DNA of 64,000 nucleotides. Source: Bacteroidota bacterium (GTDB taxonomy: Bacteria > Bacteroidota > Bacteroidia > Chitinophagales > Chitinophagaceae). Where the stretch lies: the NCBI GenBank assembly GCA_039798645.1, contig JBDKFR010000068.1, positions 4,744 through 68,743 of the forward strand, written 5' to 3'. Shown here in pieces: positions 21,032 to 33,216 of this stretch (positions are counted from its first letter, which is position 1; the number at the start of each line of letters is the position of its first letter). The notes beneath the pieces are model-generated. The model did not search any database. It was not told where the DNA came from and saw only the letters and a program-made list of their open reading frames with translations. The position numbers were made by a program, and so were the translations under genes.

Positions 21032-21811
21032 ATGTCATTTCAAACATTATTTACAAAAATGGAAGATCATACTTTGATCATAACCATTAATCGTCCTGAT
21101 GTGTTAAATGCACTGAATAAACAAGTCATTAACGACTTAGACGCAGTAATGGATCGTGTTTATAAATTCCCAGAAATTAAAAGTGTTGTCATTACAGGTG
21201 CCGGACTTAAAAGTTTTGTAGCCGGTGCTGATATAAAAGAATTTGAATCCTTAACCAAAGAGCAAGCCATTGAAGTTGCAAAAAGAGGTCAAGCCGTTTT
21301 TTCAAAAATTGAACATTGCCCAAAACCCGTGGTTGCATGTGTAAATGGATTTGCATTAGGTGGTGGTTGTGAATTGGCTATGAGCTGTCATTTTGTAATT
21401 GCTTCGGAAAGTGCCACTTTTGGTCAGCCTGAAGTTAATTTAGGCATCATGGTTGGATATGGAGGTTCTCAAAGACTAACACAACGTGTTGGAAAAGGCC
21501 GAGCGATGGAATTGATCATAACGGGAAAAACAATCAATGCAACCCAAGCCATGAATTACGGTTTGGCAAACTATGTGGTACCTCAAACTGAATTATTAGA
21601 CAAGGCATTTTCAATATTAAGAGTTTGCCATGAAAAATCGCCCATTGCGGTTGGCAATTCCATTAAAGCAATCAATGCTGTCTGGGACGAACAAGTTAAT
21701 GGATATGATGTGGAAGCCAATTTATTTGGGGAATGCTTTATAACTGACGATTGCAAGGAAGGAATTCAGGCATTTTTAGAGAAAAGAAAACCTCATTTTA
21801 AAGGCCATTAA
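21032..21811 (+). CDS. Enoyl-CoA hydratase/crotonase
   Basis: FVAGADI, NGFALGGGCELA, FGQPEVNLG, AFLEKRKP. Confidence 0.92.
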   Translation: MSFQTLFTKMEDHTLIITINRPDVLNALNKQVINDLDAVMDRVYKFPEIKSVVITGAGLKSFVAGADIKEFESLTKEQAIEVAKRGQAVFSKIEHCPKPVVACVNGFALGGGCELAMSCHFVIASESATFGQPEVNLGIMVGYGGSQRLTQRVGKGRAMELIITGKTINATQAMNYGLANYVVPQTELLDKAFSILRVCHEKSPIAVGNSIKAINAVWDEQVNGYDVEANLFGECFITDDCKEGIQAFLEKRKPHFKGH

Positions 21812-21899
21812 TTTTACATTCGTTATTTCGATTTACACCATTTTCTTGCATTATTTTTAATCAGGGAGTATTACCTTTGCGGTATCAAAAAAACCGCAT

Positions 21900-23294
21900 A
21901 TGGAATACAGAATTGAGAAAGACACAATGGGCGAAGTAAAAGTACCTGCTAATGTTTATTGGGGTGCTCAAACGCAAAGAAGCATTGAGAATTTTAAAAT
22001 TGCTCAGGATATTAATAGAATGCCGAAAGAAATAATTCGTGCATTTGCATATTTGAAAAAAGCTGCAGCATTAACCAATTTTGATGCGGGTGTTTTACCA
22101 AAAGAAAAATGTGATTTAATAGGTCAGGTTTGTGACGAAATTTTAGCGGGTAAACTTGACGACCAATTTCCATTAGTAGTGTGGCAAACAGGTAGTGGTA
22201 CCCAAAGCAACATGAACATGAATGAGGTAATCGCTTACCGTGCACATGTCATTAATGGCGGTAGCTTAACAGACAAAGACAAATTCATTCATCCTAACGA
22301 TGATGTAAATAAATCACAATCTTCAAACGATACTTTCCCAACTGCAATGCACATTGCAGCTTATAAAATTTTAAAAGAAGTAACCGTACCTGGTATAACT
22401 ATTTTAAAAAATACATTGGATACAAAGAGTGCTGAATTCATGCACATTGTAAAAATTGGTCGTACCCATTTTATGGATGCTACCCCACTTACACTAGGTC
22501 AAGAAATAAGTGGTTATGCAAGTCAATTAAAACATGGATTAAAAGCCATTGATAACACCTTAGCACATTTAAGCGAATTAGCGTTGGGTGGAACAGCGGT
22601 TGGAACAGGAATCAATACCCCAAAAGGATACTCCGAAAATGTTGCAAAACATATTGCAAATCTTACAGGACTTCCTTTTGTTACTGCTGAAAATAAATTT
22701 GAAGCGTTAGCTGCGCACGATGCGATTGTTGAATCTCATGGTGCCTTAAAAACAGTGGCAGTTAGTTTAATGAAAATAGCAAATGATGTTCGTATGCTTT
22801 CTTCTGGACCAAGATCCGGTATTGGTGAATTATTTATTCCTGATAACGAACCAGGGTCATCTATCATGCCAGGTAAAGTAAATCCAACGCAATCAGAAGC
22901 CTTAACTATGATTGCTGCACAAGTAATGGGTAATGATGTAGCAATTAATGTGGGTGGCTCCATGGGCCATTTTGAATTAAACGTATTCAAGCCAGTGATG
23001 ATTTATAATTTCCTACATAGTGCTCGTTTAATTGGAGATGGTTGTGTAAGCTTTAACGAAAAATGTGCAATTGGTTTAGCACCCATTGAAGAAAATATCA
23101 ATAAGCATGTAAACAATAGCTTAATGTTAGTCACTTCATTGAATACTAAAATAGGCTATTATAAGTCAGCAGAAATTGCACAAAAAGCACATAAGGAAGG
23201 AACCACATTGAAAGAAATGGCAGTAAAGTTAGGCTATGTTACTCCTGAAGAATTTGATGCATGGGTAATACCTAAGGACATGGTTGGACTATAA
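21900..23294 (+). CDS. fumC: Class II fumarate hydratase
   Basis: [29 protein letters not shown]; -7 element TACCTTTG at 21872-21879. Confidence 0.97.
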   Translation: MEYRIEKDTMGEVKVPANVYWGAQTQRSIENFKIAQDINRMPKEIIRAFAYLKKAAALTNFDAGVLPKEKCDLIGQVCDEILAGKLDDQFPLVVWQTGSGTQSNMNMNEVIAYRAHVINGGSLTDKDKFIHPNDDVNKSQSSNDTFPTAMHIAAYKILKEVTVPGITILKNTLDTKSAEFMHIVKIGRTHFMDATPLTLGQEISGYASQLKHGLKAIDNTLAHLSELALGGTAVGTGINTPKGYSENVAKHIANLTGLPFVTAENKFEALAAHDAIVESHGALKTVAVSLMKIANDVRMLSSGPRSGIGELFIPDNEPGSSIMPGKVNPTQSEALTMIAAQVMGNDVAINVGGSMGHFELNVFKPVMIYNFLHSARLIGDGCVSFNEKCAIGLAPIEENINKHVNNSLMLVTSLNTKIGYYKSAEIAQKAHKEGTTLKEMAVKLGYVTPEEFDAWVIPKDMVGL

Positions 23295-23321
23295 AACTTT
23301 TTAATTAAATAGTAGGTTTAA

Positions 23322-23798
23322 TTAAAATTTCCATCCAAATCCAATCCCTGCATAAAAAGGAAACAATCCTTCATCGGTAAAAACAGGATTCATTGTAGCT
23401 CTAAAAGTGAAACCTCCATCTTTGGGTTGTAATCGATATCCTAAAGTTGTATGGCCAAAACTTTGTGAGAATAAACCGCTTCCATTTGCATTGGCAGATA
23501 AAATTGTTACGCCTGCGCCAAATTCGAAGAAGTTTTTATTATCCTTTGAAGCAAGATAATTAAGTCCTAATGGATAAGTAACCAAGTTGACGTCATAAGC
23601 CGGGAATCCACCTAAACCTGCCCTGAATCCTAACCCCTTGCCTGTATTATTAAATCTCATATCATAGTTTACAGATGCCAATCCGGGACCTCCTAATTCA
23701 AAGAAAATAGATTTGGCATTAGGATTGGAAACATTCTGAGCCCTTAATGAAAAATGAATAAAGATGATTATGCCAAACAGTAAACTTATTTTTTTCAT
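23322..23798 (-). CDS. Hypothetical small outer-membrane beta-barrel protein
   Basis: Signal peptide, FFELGG.G..SVNYD.RF, alternating beta pattern, terminal WKF. Confidence 0.65.
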   Translation of the reverse strand: MKKISLLFGIIIFIHFSLRAQNVSNPNAKSIFFELGGPGLASVNYDMRFNNTGKGLGFRAGLGGFPAYDVNLVTYPLGLNYLASKDNKNFFEFGAGVTILSANANGSGLFSQSFGHTTLGYRLQPKDGGFTFRATMNPVFTDEGLFPFYAGIGFGWKF

Positions 23799-23933
23799 AT
23801 TAAAAATTGAAAGTGCTATAACATATAATTAAAGTTAGTCAAATTATAATCAAAGAAATGAAATAGTAAAACATAGAAGCTTTCAAACATTGCGAAGAGC
23901 GACCCTAATAAATAGCTAAATCTTTACTTTTTA

Positions 23934-25559
23934 TTAATATACTCTTTCGCCATTTAAATAAGTCTTCAACACTTTTACTTGTAATATACTATCTGTAGCG
24001 ACCTTCATTAAGTCCTTATCCAAAATAATAAAGTCGGCCTTCTTGCCTACTTCCAATGAACCAACTTGCTTTTCCATTCTATTGGCTTTAGCTGCCCAAA
24101 TGGTCATTCCACGAATCGTTTGTTCACGTGTTAATGCGTTTTCAATTTGAAAGCCACCTGCAGGAAAACCTTTACTGTCCTGTCTTGCCACCGCAGCTAA
24201 GAAAGTTTTGAAAGGATTTATTTCCTCAACAGGAAAGTCCGTTCCTAAAGGCAACCAATTATTTTGTTCCAATAATTGCTTATATGCATAGCCCCCTTTT
24301 AATCTTTCTGTGCCTAATCTGTCGCCTGCCCAATACATGTCACTGGTTCCGTGTGTAGGCTGCACCGATGGTACTATACTATTTTCGCCAAATAAACTAA
24401 AGTCAGCTGGATTAATAATTTGGGCGTGTTCAATTCTCCAACGCTTATCATTTTTGCCTTTCAAATATTTGGCATACACTTTTAATATTGTTCTATTCGC
24501 ACTATCTCCAATGGCATGCGTACACATTTGGAAATCGGTATTAATTAATTTAGCAGCAACGGAATCAAAGTGTGCAGGACTACTTAATAAAAATCCAGAC
24601 CAATCTGGTTTATCCGTATAGGGATGAATTAAACAAGCTCCTCTACTTCCCAAAGCACCATCTCCATATACTTTCACCCCTTTTACCATCAAACGTTCCG
24701 TCACATAACCACCGCCTGTGAAATATTTTGAAGTAAAAGATGATGGCTTATCACTTAACATAACATACAAACGCATTTTTAAATCATTGCTTTTTTGAAG
24801 TGCATCAACTTGATCAATATCTTCTGGGCTCAATCCACAATCTGTAATAGTAGTCAGCCCTGTTGCGAAACAATTTTGTTGTGCGCTCGTTAACCAATCT
24901 TTATAATCATTTAGCGTAGCATCAGGCACATGACTTTCCACAACACCCACTGCGTTATCAATTAGCAATCCAGTTAATTTCCCATTCTGCATTGTGAACT
25001 GTCCTCCTTCAATAGTTTGTCCTGGTTTCACCCCTGCTAAACCTAAAGCAAAATCATTCGCAATACTTGCATGTCCATCTACTCTTTCTAAAATAACTGG
25101 GCGGTCAGGAAACAATGCATTTAACTCCGCATTGGTAGGAAACTGCTTTCCAGGAAAACGATTTTGATCCCATCCTCTTCCTTTAATCCATCCTTTCCCA
25201 GGATGCTTTGCTGCAAAATCTTTAACTCTTATGATGGCCTCTTCCCAACTAGGAACAAACATTAAATCAACAGCATATAGCGATTGGCCATATCCTAAAA
25301 AGTGTGCATGCGCATCAATAAAACCAGGATACACCGCGGCTCCCTTTGCATCCACTAAACTATCTGATTTGTATTCTTTCAAAATATCATCATTGGTTCC
25401 AATGGCAACAATTTTACCATCTTGAACCGCCATTGCTTCAGCTGAAGCAAAATTTTCATTCACTGTATAAATTTGTGCATGATGCACTATTAAGTCTACT
25501 CTTTGATTAATGCAAGAACTAAATAAAAAAACAGTTGCAATCAATAATAAATTACGCAT
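23934..25559 (-). CDS. Amidohydrolase family 3 (YtcJ-like) lipoprotein
   Basis: FSSC lipobox, PGFIDAHAH, DGALGSRGA, HAIGD, RIEHAQ, GTDFPVE; start at MRNLL. Confidence 0.9.
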   Translation of the reverse strand: MRNLLLIATVFLFSSCINQRVDLIVHHAQIYTVNENFASAEAMAVQDGKIVAIGTNDDILKEYKSDSLVDAKGAAVYPGFIDAHAHFLGYGQSLYAVDLMFVPSWEEAIIRVKDFAAKHPGKGWIKGRGWDQNRFPGKQFPTNAELNALFPDRPVILERVDGHASIANDFALGLAGVKPGQTIEGGQFTMQNGKLTGLLIDNAVGVVESHVPDATLNDYKDWLTSAQQNCFATGLTTITDCGLSPEDIDQVDALQKSNDLKMRLYVMLSDKPSSFTSKYFTGGGYVTERLMVKGVKVYGDGALGSRGACLIHPYTDKPDWSGFLLSSPAHFDSVAAKLINTDFQMCTHAIGDSANRTILKVYAKYLKGKNDKRWRIEHAQIINPADFSLFGENSIVPSVQPTHGTSDMYWAGDRLGTERLKGGYAYKQLLEQNNWLPLGTDFPVEEINPFKTFLAAVARQDSKGFPAGGFQIENALTREQTIRGMTIWAAKANRMEKQVGSLEVGKKADFIILDKDLMKVATDSILQVKVLKTYLNGERVY

Positions 25560-25639
25560 GAAAATAGTTTGAGGTAATAAAAATAAATAAAAAAGAGTAG
25601 AAAATATAAATGATAAATGAACCAATGCTTTGAAGCAGT

Positions 25640-26572
25640 TTAGTTCAACAATTCACAAGGCTTTAAGCCAGTATGCTTTTTAAAAGCAGCAGAAAAGTGA
25701 GAAATAGATGAATAACCCAATAAAGCGGAAACATCGGTTACACTTAAAGCTTTCTCATACAATAAATACTTGGCATGTTCCATTCTTTGTTGTTGGTAAA
25801 AATCAAATATCGTAGTACCAAAAACTTCTTTAAAGCCTTTCTTTAAATAACATTCATTCATGGCCACTTTACGACTCAATTCTTTAATCGTGATAGGGTC
25901 ACCAATATGTTGTAATAAAATTTCACGGGCTTGATAAATACTTTCTTTTCCTCGATCGTCCGCTAAGAACTTACAGGTGAAGCCTTCTTCCTTTTCATCA
26001 TCCATGATAACATCCAGACTTTGCAAAAGCAACTCATGAATTTTTGCATTAATGAAAATATTTTCCAGTGAACCCGTATAACTATGATTCAAGACTGCAT
26101 CCAAGGTTTGTCGCTTGCGAACACTTAAAGGAAAAATTTTAGTGAATGCATTTGGATGTTTAAATGCCAATACTTCATCCTTGGTAGTAGCTAATTTTAC
26201 ATTATGTAAAAACTGATGCAAGAAGGCAGAAGTAAAATGGAATGAAAAAACATCAATCGTTCTTAATGGTCCTGCACATTCTTCGGTTGGTGACTGATTA
26301 CAGTTTCCACAAATTTTATTATCACAATATCTATTTCCAGATATACAAAAACGAAGTTCTAAGAAATTATGTTTAGGATGTTGTGCATCATAATGATAAA
26401 CAAACATACCCGTGTCCTCATTTGTCCATGTATCAAGTGCATAATATCGTTTAATATTATACTGAGTAGAGCCAGGAATGTGTTGGTCCTTATGCCATAA
26501 CAATGCCATGCCGGCAAATTCTGCAGGTTTATTTACTTGTTTTAATATGTCTAAGGCTTGTATCACAGTCAC
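25640..26572 (-). CDS. AraC-family transcriptional regulator (PchR/YbtA-like C-terminus, Cys-rich N-terminus)
   Basis: TIKELSRKVAMNECYLKKGFK, LGYSSISHFSAAFKKHTG; GTG start. Confidence 0.9.
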   Translation of the reverse strand: MTVIQALDILKQVNKPAEFAGMALLWHKDQHIPGSTQYNIKRYYALDTWTNEDTGMFVYHYDAQHPKHNFLELRFCISGNRYCDNKICGNCNQSPTEECAGPLRTIDVFSFHFTSAFLHQFLHNVKLATTKDEVLAFKHPNAFTKIFPLSVRKRQTLDAVLNHSYTGSLENIFINAKIHELLLQSLDVIMDDEKEEGFTCKFLADDRGKESIYQAREILLQHIGDPITIKELSRKVAMNECYLKKGFKEVFGTTIFDFYQQQRMEHAKYLLYEKALSVTDVSALLGYSSISHFSAAFKKHTGLKPCELLN

Positions 26573-26823
26573 AAAATTAATGTATAAACATTAAAGAGAC
26601 CCAAATGGTTCACTGTATCCAAATTATTATCCCTAAAAAATGACGAAAAAATGACAAATTTTGACATTTAACGTTTCTAAAATTTACAAGGTTGCGAACC
26701 TGAAAAAAAATCCATTTAAAGGCCATTTTTAGCCTCATTTTCGGCCTCTGCATAATTCACACAGCAACGAAATTGGGGATAACTAAAACGGCTTTAAACC
26801 CTCGCCAAACTGCTTAATTTTAT

Positions 26824-28854
<2,031 letters not shown>

Positions 28855-28972
28855 ACCTAGTTTTAGGCCTAAAAATGGCATTTTTTAACAAAAAATCAAT
28901 GATATATTAAAGGGAATCACGATAAATAACCTACTTTCAATTCAGCAATTTAAACACTAAAATTTATACAAA

Positions 28973-29179
28973 ATGGACACTTCAAAAATGATCAAAGCGT
29001 ATTGCTTAAAGACAAAAGAAAAAAACGTACCAATGCATGACGCTGTTGTAACAAAAACTGCAAAAGGTGGTTACATGGCAGGCGGTCACGATGGTAAAGG
29101 AAATAAAATGGCTGCTATCATGAGCGAAGCAAATGCATTAAAAGCAATTGCTGATGGTGTAGCTAAAAAAGGCTTCTAG
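28973..29179 (+). CDS. Small basic protein, DUF5679-like
   Basis: 68 aa, 12 Lys; AYCLKTKEK..M....TKTAKG...A.G pattern; own terminator. Confidence 0.65.
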   Translation: MDTSKMIKAYCLKTKEKNVPMHDAVVTKTAKGGYMAGGHDGKGNKMAAIMSEANALKAIADGVAKKGF

Positions 29180-29200
29180 TATTGCCTTAAAAGCAACTAA

Positions 29201-29240
29201 AATAAAAAAAGCCGCTGATTTTTCAGTGGCTTTTTTTATT
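29201..29240. terminator. Bidirectional terminator between the small ORF and mfd
   Basis: AATAAAAAAAGCCGCTGA/TCAGTGGCTTTTTTTATT. Confidence 0.85.
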
Positions 29241-32200
29241 TCCCTATGACCCCTTTGTACATTTTATCTAGCACCCGATAACAAGCCTCCATTCCTTTAA
29301 TATCTTTAATGACAAGAATAAACGTTTTACCAACTTGTTTAAAATGAGCATTATTCATGGAAGTATTGGTAAAATCTAATAAATTTTTAAAGGTATCGCT
29401 TTCAAAATATGGTGAGTCGGGTCTGTTGATAAAAAAGCAACGCATTGTTTCTTCTTTCAAAGTCATTTTTTCAAAACCCAATGCAATGGCCAATCTTCTA
29501 CACTGTATGGTTACAAATAAATCTATAACAGGATCTGGCAAAGGACCAAATCGGTCCGTTAATTCCAATTTCATTTGTTCTAATTCAGCATCATCGGCTG
29601 ATTGATCAAGTCTTGTATATAAGGATAAACGTTCCCCAATATTTTCAACAAAACTATCGGGTATCATGATTTCTAAATCCGTATCTATCGTACAATCAGA
29701 TACAAAATCGTCCTGCTTGCTAATTTCTTCTTGAAATAATTCTTGGAAGTCGGAACGTTTTAATTCTCTTACCGCTTCCGCTAAAATTTTCTGGTACATT
29801 TCAAAACCAATCTCCGCCATAAAACCACTTTGTTCTCCTCCTAATAAATTCCCAGCGCCTCTAATATCCAAATCTCTCATCGCAATTTGAAACCCACTTC
29901 CTAATTCACTAAACTGCTCTAAGGTTTGTAAACGTTTACGAGAATCATCTGGCAAAGTACTTATAGGCGGGGCTAATAAATAACAAAAAGCCTTTTTATT
30001 GCTACGTCCTACCCTTCCTCTTAATTGGTGTAAATCACTCAAACCAAAATGATGCGCATTATTAACTATAATGGTATTTACATTCGGAATATCTACTCCA
30101 CTTTCAACTATATTTGTACATACCAACACATCATATCTGCGTTCAATAAAATCCAATATTTTTTCTTCTAACTGATGTCCTTCTAATTGTCCATGTGCGA
30201 AACCAATACTTAAATCTGGACACAATTTTTGAATCATTGCACACATCTCTGCCAAACCTTGCACCCTATTATGTATAAAGAAAACCTGACCACCTCTTTC
30301 GGTTTCATAATAAATACTTTCTCTGATTACATCCTCATGAAACACTTGCACTTCTGTATGAATAGGCTGTCTATTCGCTGGTGCCGTATTAATAATACTT
30401 AGGTCACGCGCACCCATTAAACTAAAATGTAGCGTTCGAGGAATTGGAGTCGCCGTAAGGGTTAAACAGTCTACAGTGGTTCTTAATGTTTTTAGTTTTT
30501 CTTTATGCGCTACACCAAATTTTTGTTCCTCATCAATAATCATGAGCCCTAAATCCTTGAAGCCAACTTCTTTTCCTAAAATTCCATGTGTACCCACTAA
30601 AATGTCAATCTTGCCTTCTTTTACTTTTTCAATGGTCGCTTTCTTTTCAGCAGCTGACTTGAACCTATTCATATAATCAATAGTAACAGGAAAATCTTTT
30701 AAACGCTCTTTAAATGTTTTATAATGCTGAAATGCCAAAATAGTAGTAGGTACTAATACCGCCACTTGCTTACCATCAATGGCCGCTTTAAATGCAGCAC
30801 GAATGGCAACCTCTGTTTTCCCAAAACCCACATCTCCGCATACCAAGCGATCCATGGGCGAAGGTTGCTCCATGTCTTTTTTGACATCCGCAATGGCCTT
30901 TGCCTGATCAATGGTATCCTCGTACATGAAAGAGGCTTCCAACTCATGAATCATATAATTATCAGGGGTAAAAGCAAAACCTGCTTGCGCTTTACGATGT
31001 GCATATAATTTGATTAAATCAAATGCAATCGCTTTTACTTTAGCCTTTGTCTTATCCTTTAATTTAACCCAGGCATCAGAACCTAATTTATTCACTTTAG
31101 GAGGTGCCCCTTCCTTTCCTGTATATTTTGAAATTTTATGAAGTGAATTTATGTTCACATATAAGATATCACTGTCCTTATAAATAATACGCACTGCTTC
31201 CTGTGTATGCCCATTCACCTCGATTTTTTGCAAACCACTATAAACACCCACACCATGATCAATATGCGTCACATAATCACCCGGTTGCAAATCACGTAAA
31301 GTTCTTAAAGTAATCGCTTTGCTTTTACTATAAGCTTGCTTTACTTTATACTTATGATAACGTTGAAATATTTGGTGATCGGTATAGCAAACTAATTTAT
31401 GATCGTGATCAATAAAACCTTCATGAATATTTTTAACGATAGGTGTAAATTGAATTTCCGTTTTAAGATCCGAAAAAATAGCATGAAGTCTTTCTAATTG
31501 CTTCGCTTGTTCTGCAAATAAAAACAAAGTATAACCTTGTTTTTCCAAGTCCTGTAAATTGGCAATTAAATATTGAAACTGTCGATTGAAAATAGGTTGA
31601 GATTGTGTATTAAAAGTAATTTTTTCGCTACTCAAATGTGCATGAAACCCCCACTCTATAAGGGTATGATTACTTAATTTATTTTCCGTTTCACTTACTA
31701 ATTCAAAATCATCAATATGACTTTCTTTTTTATGCGGGTCTGTATCATCGGCCTTATTCATTGCAGCATGATGCGTTACAAACGTCTCTAATGCTTCGAA
31801 TTGATCTAACCCTTTTTGTTTAGTAACATCCCAGTCTTTTAACCAAACAATAGTATCGTCAGATAAAAAATCTAACAAAGGAATTTTTTCAGTATCCTCA
31901 AATTGTGTGGTTACGTTTGGAATAATATTTACTTGCAATAATTTTCGCTCACTTAATTGAGAAGCAGGATCAAACAACCGAATACTATCCACTTCTTCTC
32001 CAAATAATTCGATACGATAAGGTTTTTCATTTCCGAATGAATAAATATCTAAAATACCTCCTCTCAAAGCAAATTGACCAGGCTCATAAACGAAATCAGT
32101 TCGCTCAAATCCATAATCAACCATTTGTTGCATTAAACTATTTAAATCTAAATGATCATTGGTTTTGATTTGAATTATGTTTTGTTGCAAGGTTTTAGCC

Positions 32201-32625
32201 ATGACTACTTTTTCAAATAGTGCCTCGGCATAAGTAACGATAATTTTTTTATTCCCTCCCATCGAAATTTTCGTCAAAGCCTCTGTCCTTAACATCACAT
32301 GCGAAGGATTCAATAAACTAAAATTATGGGGGGATTTAAACGAAGATGGAAAATAAAATAAGTCTAAGGCTTCCGTTACACTTTCAATAGAGTTAAAAAA
32401 ATAAGCAGCTTCCTCCGCATCATTTAAAACGACTAAGTGATTAAAGTGGTTTGTTTTTGTGTTGCTAAAAATGGACTGTAAAACAAAGGCCGCCGATGAT
32501 CCATTTAAGTTTTGTAGAAATACTTGAAAGGGTTTTTCTTGCGTCGCGGACATAGCAATCCTGTCCACCAAATTGTTTAAGAGGGGGGACTTTTCAAAAC
32601 GCTCAAACAAGGACTGTTCATTCAT
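29236..32625 (-). CDS. mfd: Transcription-repair coupling factor
   Basis: RGGILDIY, HIDHGVG (CarD/RID), GDVGFGKT, DEEQKFG, TATPIPRTL, QLRGRVGR, TRCF C-terminus; -7 element at 32636-32643. Confidence 0.97.
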   Translation of the reverse strand: MNEQSLFERFEKSPLLNNLVDRIAMSATQEKPFQVFLQNLNGSSAAFVLQSIFSNTKTNHFNHLVVLNDAEEAAYFFNSIESVTEALDLFYFPSSFKSPHNFSLLNPSHVMLRTEALTKISMGGNKKIIVTYAEALFEKVVMAKTLQQNIIQIKTNDHLDLNSLMQQMVDYGFERTDFVYEPGQFALRGGILDIYSFGNEKPYRIELFGEEVDSIRLFDPASQLSERKLLQVNIIPNVTTQFEDTEKIPLLDFLSDDTIVWLKDWDVTKQKGLDQFEALETFVTHHAAMNKADDTDPHKKESHIDDFELVSETENKLSNHTLIEWGFHAHLSSEKITFNTQSQPIFNRQFQYLIANLQDLEKQGYTLFLFAEQAKQLERLHAIFSDLKTEIQFTPIVKNIHEGFIDHDHKLVCYTDHQIFQRYHKYKVKQAYSKSKAITLRTLRDLQPGDYVTHIDHGVGVYSGLQKIEVNGHTQEAVRIIYKDSDILYVNINSLHKISKYTGKEGAPPKVNKLGSDAWVKLKDKTKAKVKAIAFDLIKLYAHRKAQAGFAFTPDNYMIHELEASFMYEDTIDQAKAIADVKKDMEQPSPMDRLVCGDVGFGKTEVAIRAAFKAAIDGKQVAVLVPTTILAFQHYKTFKERLKDFPVTIDYMNRFKSAAEKKATIEKVKEGKIDILVGTHGILGKEVGFKDLGLMIIDEEQKFGVAHKEKLKTLRTTVDCLTLTATPIPRTLHFSLMGARDLSIINTAPANRQPIHTEVQVFHEDVIRESIYYETERGGQVFFIHNRVQGLAEMCAMIQKLCPDLSIGFAHGQLEGHQLEEKILDFIERRYDVLVCTNIVESGVDIPNVNTIIVNNAHHFGLSDLHQLRGRVGRSNKKAFCYLLAPPISTLPDDSRKRLQTLEQFSELGSGFQIAMRDLDIRGAGNLLGGEQSGFMAEIGFEMYQKILAEAVRELKRSDFQELFQEEISKQDDFVSDCTIDTDLEIMIPDSFVENIGERLSLYTRLDQSADDAELEQMKLELTDRFGPLPDPVIDLFVTIQCRRLAIALGFEKMTLKEETMRCFFINRPDSPYFESDTFKNLLDFTNTSMNNAHFKQVGKTFILVIKDIKGMEACYRVLDKMYKGVIGK

Positions 32626-32661
32626 ACCCGAAGGGCAAAGATACCAATACTACAATATAGT

Positions 32662-33129
32662 TTATTGATTATTTGTTGCACTGTAAACATTAATCGTTAA
32701 TTCCGTTGCATCCTTTAGTTTAACCTCAAATATGGAGGCCCACTCAGCTCCTGAAAAATAAGGAACATAATACTTATTGTCATATTTAACAAAAACGCTA
32801 TATTTTCCATTGTTTAATTTAGTCTTAAAATACCCTAGACTATCTGAAACAAAACTTGCTATGAAAGTATTATTTATCTCGCCACAATAAGCCCCATTTA
32901 AATCTCCCAATTGCTGGATTTTCGTGGGGGCGTAAATATAAATAGTTGTGGCTAAAGGACTTCCCTTTTTTGAGCTTACCCCAACCTGTGGCATTGAATT
33001 ATATTTGTGTTCAAAAACCTGACCTGAAACATTGAAACTTTGTTGCTGTTTTTGCAAGCCTGCACAAGCACTAATAGATAATAGAAAGCATGCTATTGTC
33101 AGATATTTTAATAAATTTTCCATGTTCAT
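32662..33129 (-). CDS. Hypothetical lipoprotein (carboxypeptidase-regulatory/transthyretin-like beta sandwich)
   Basis: LSISAC lipobox; SD..G.F...L..G.YSVFV. Confidence 0.6.
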   Translation of the reverse strand: MNMENLLKYLTIACFLLSISACAGLQKQQQSFNVSGQVFEHKYNSMPQVGVSSKKGSPLATTIYIYAPTKIQQLGDLNGAYCGEINNTFIASFVSDSLGYFKTKLNNGKYSVFVKYDNKYYVPYFSGAEWASIFEVKLKDATELTINVYSATNNQ

Positions 33130-33216
33130 GGTTTCATTAAAATTACGAAATAATATACCGAGAATTCATTGTAATTTTATTATGGCCTATCAAGTGTATT
33201 ATTATAATATCAAATC

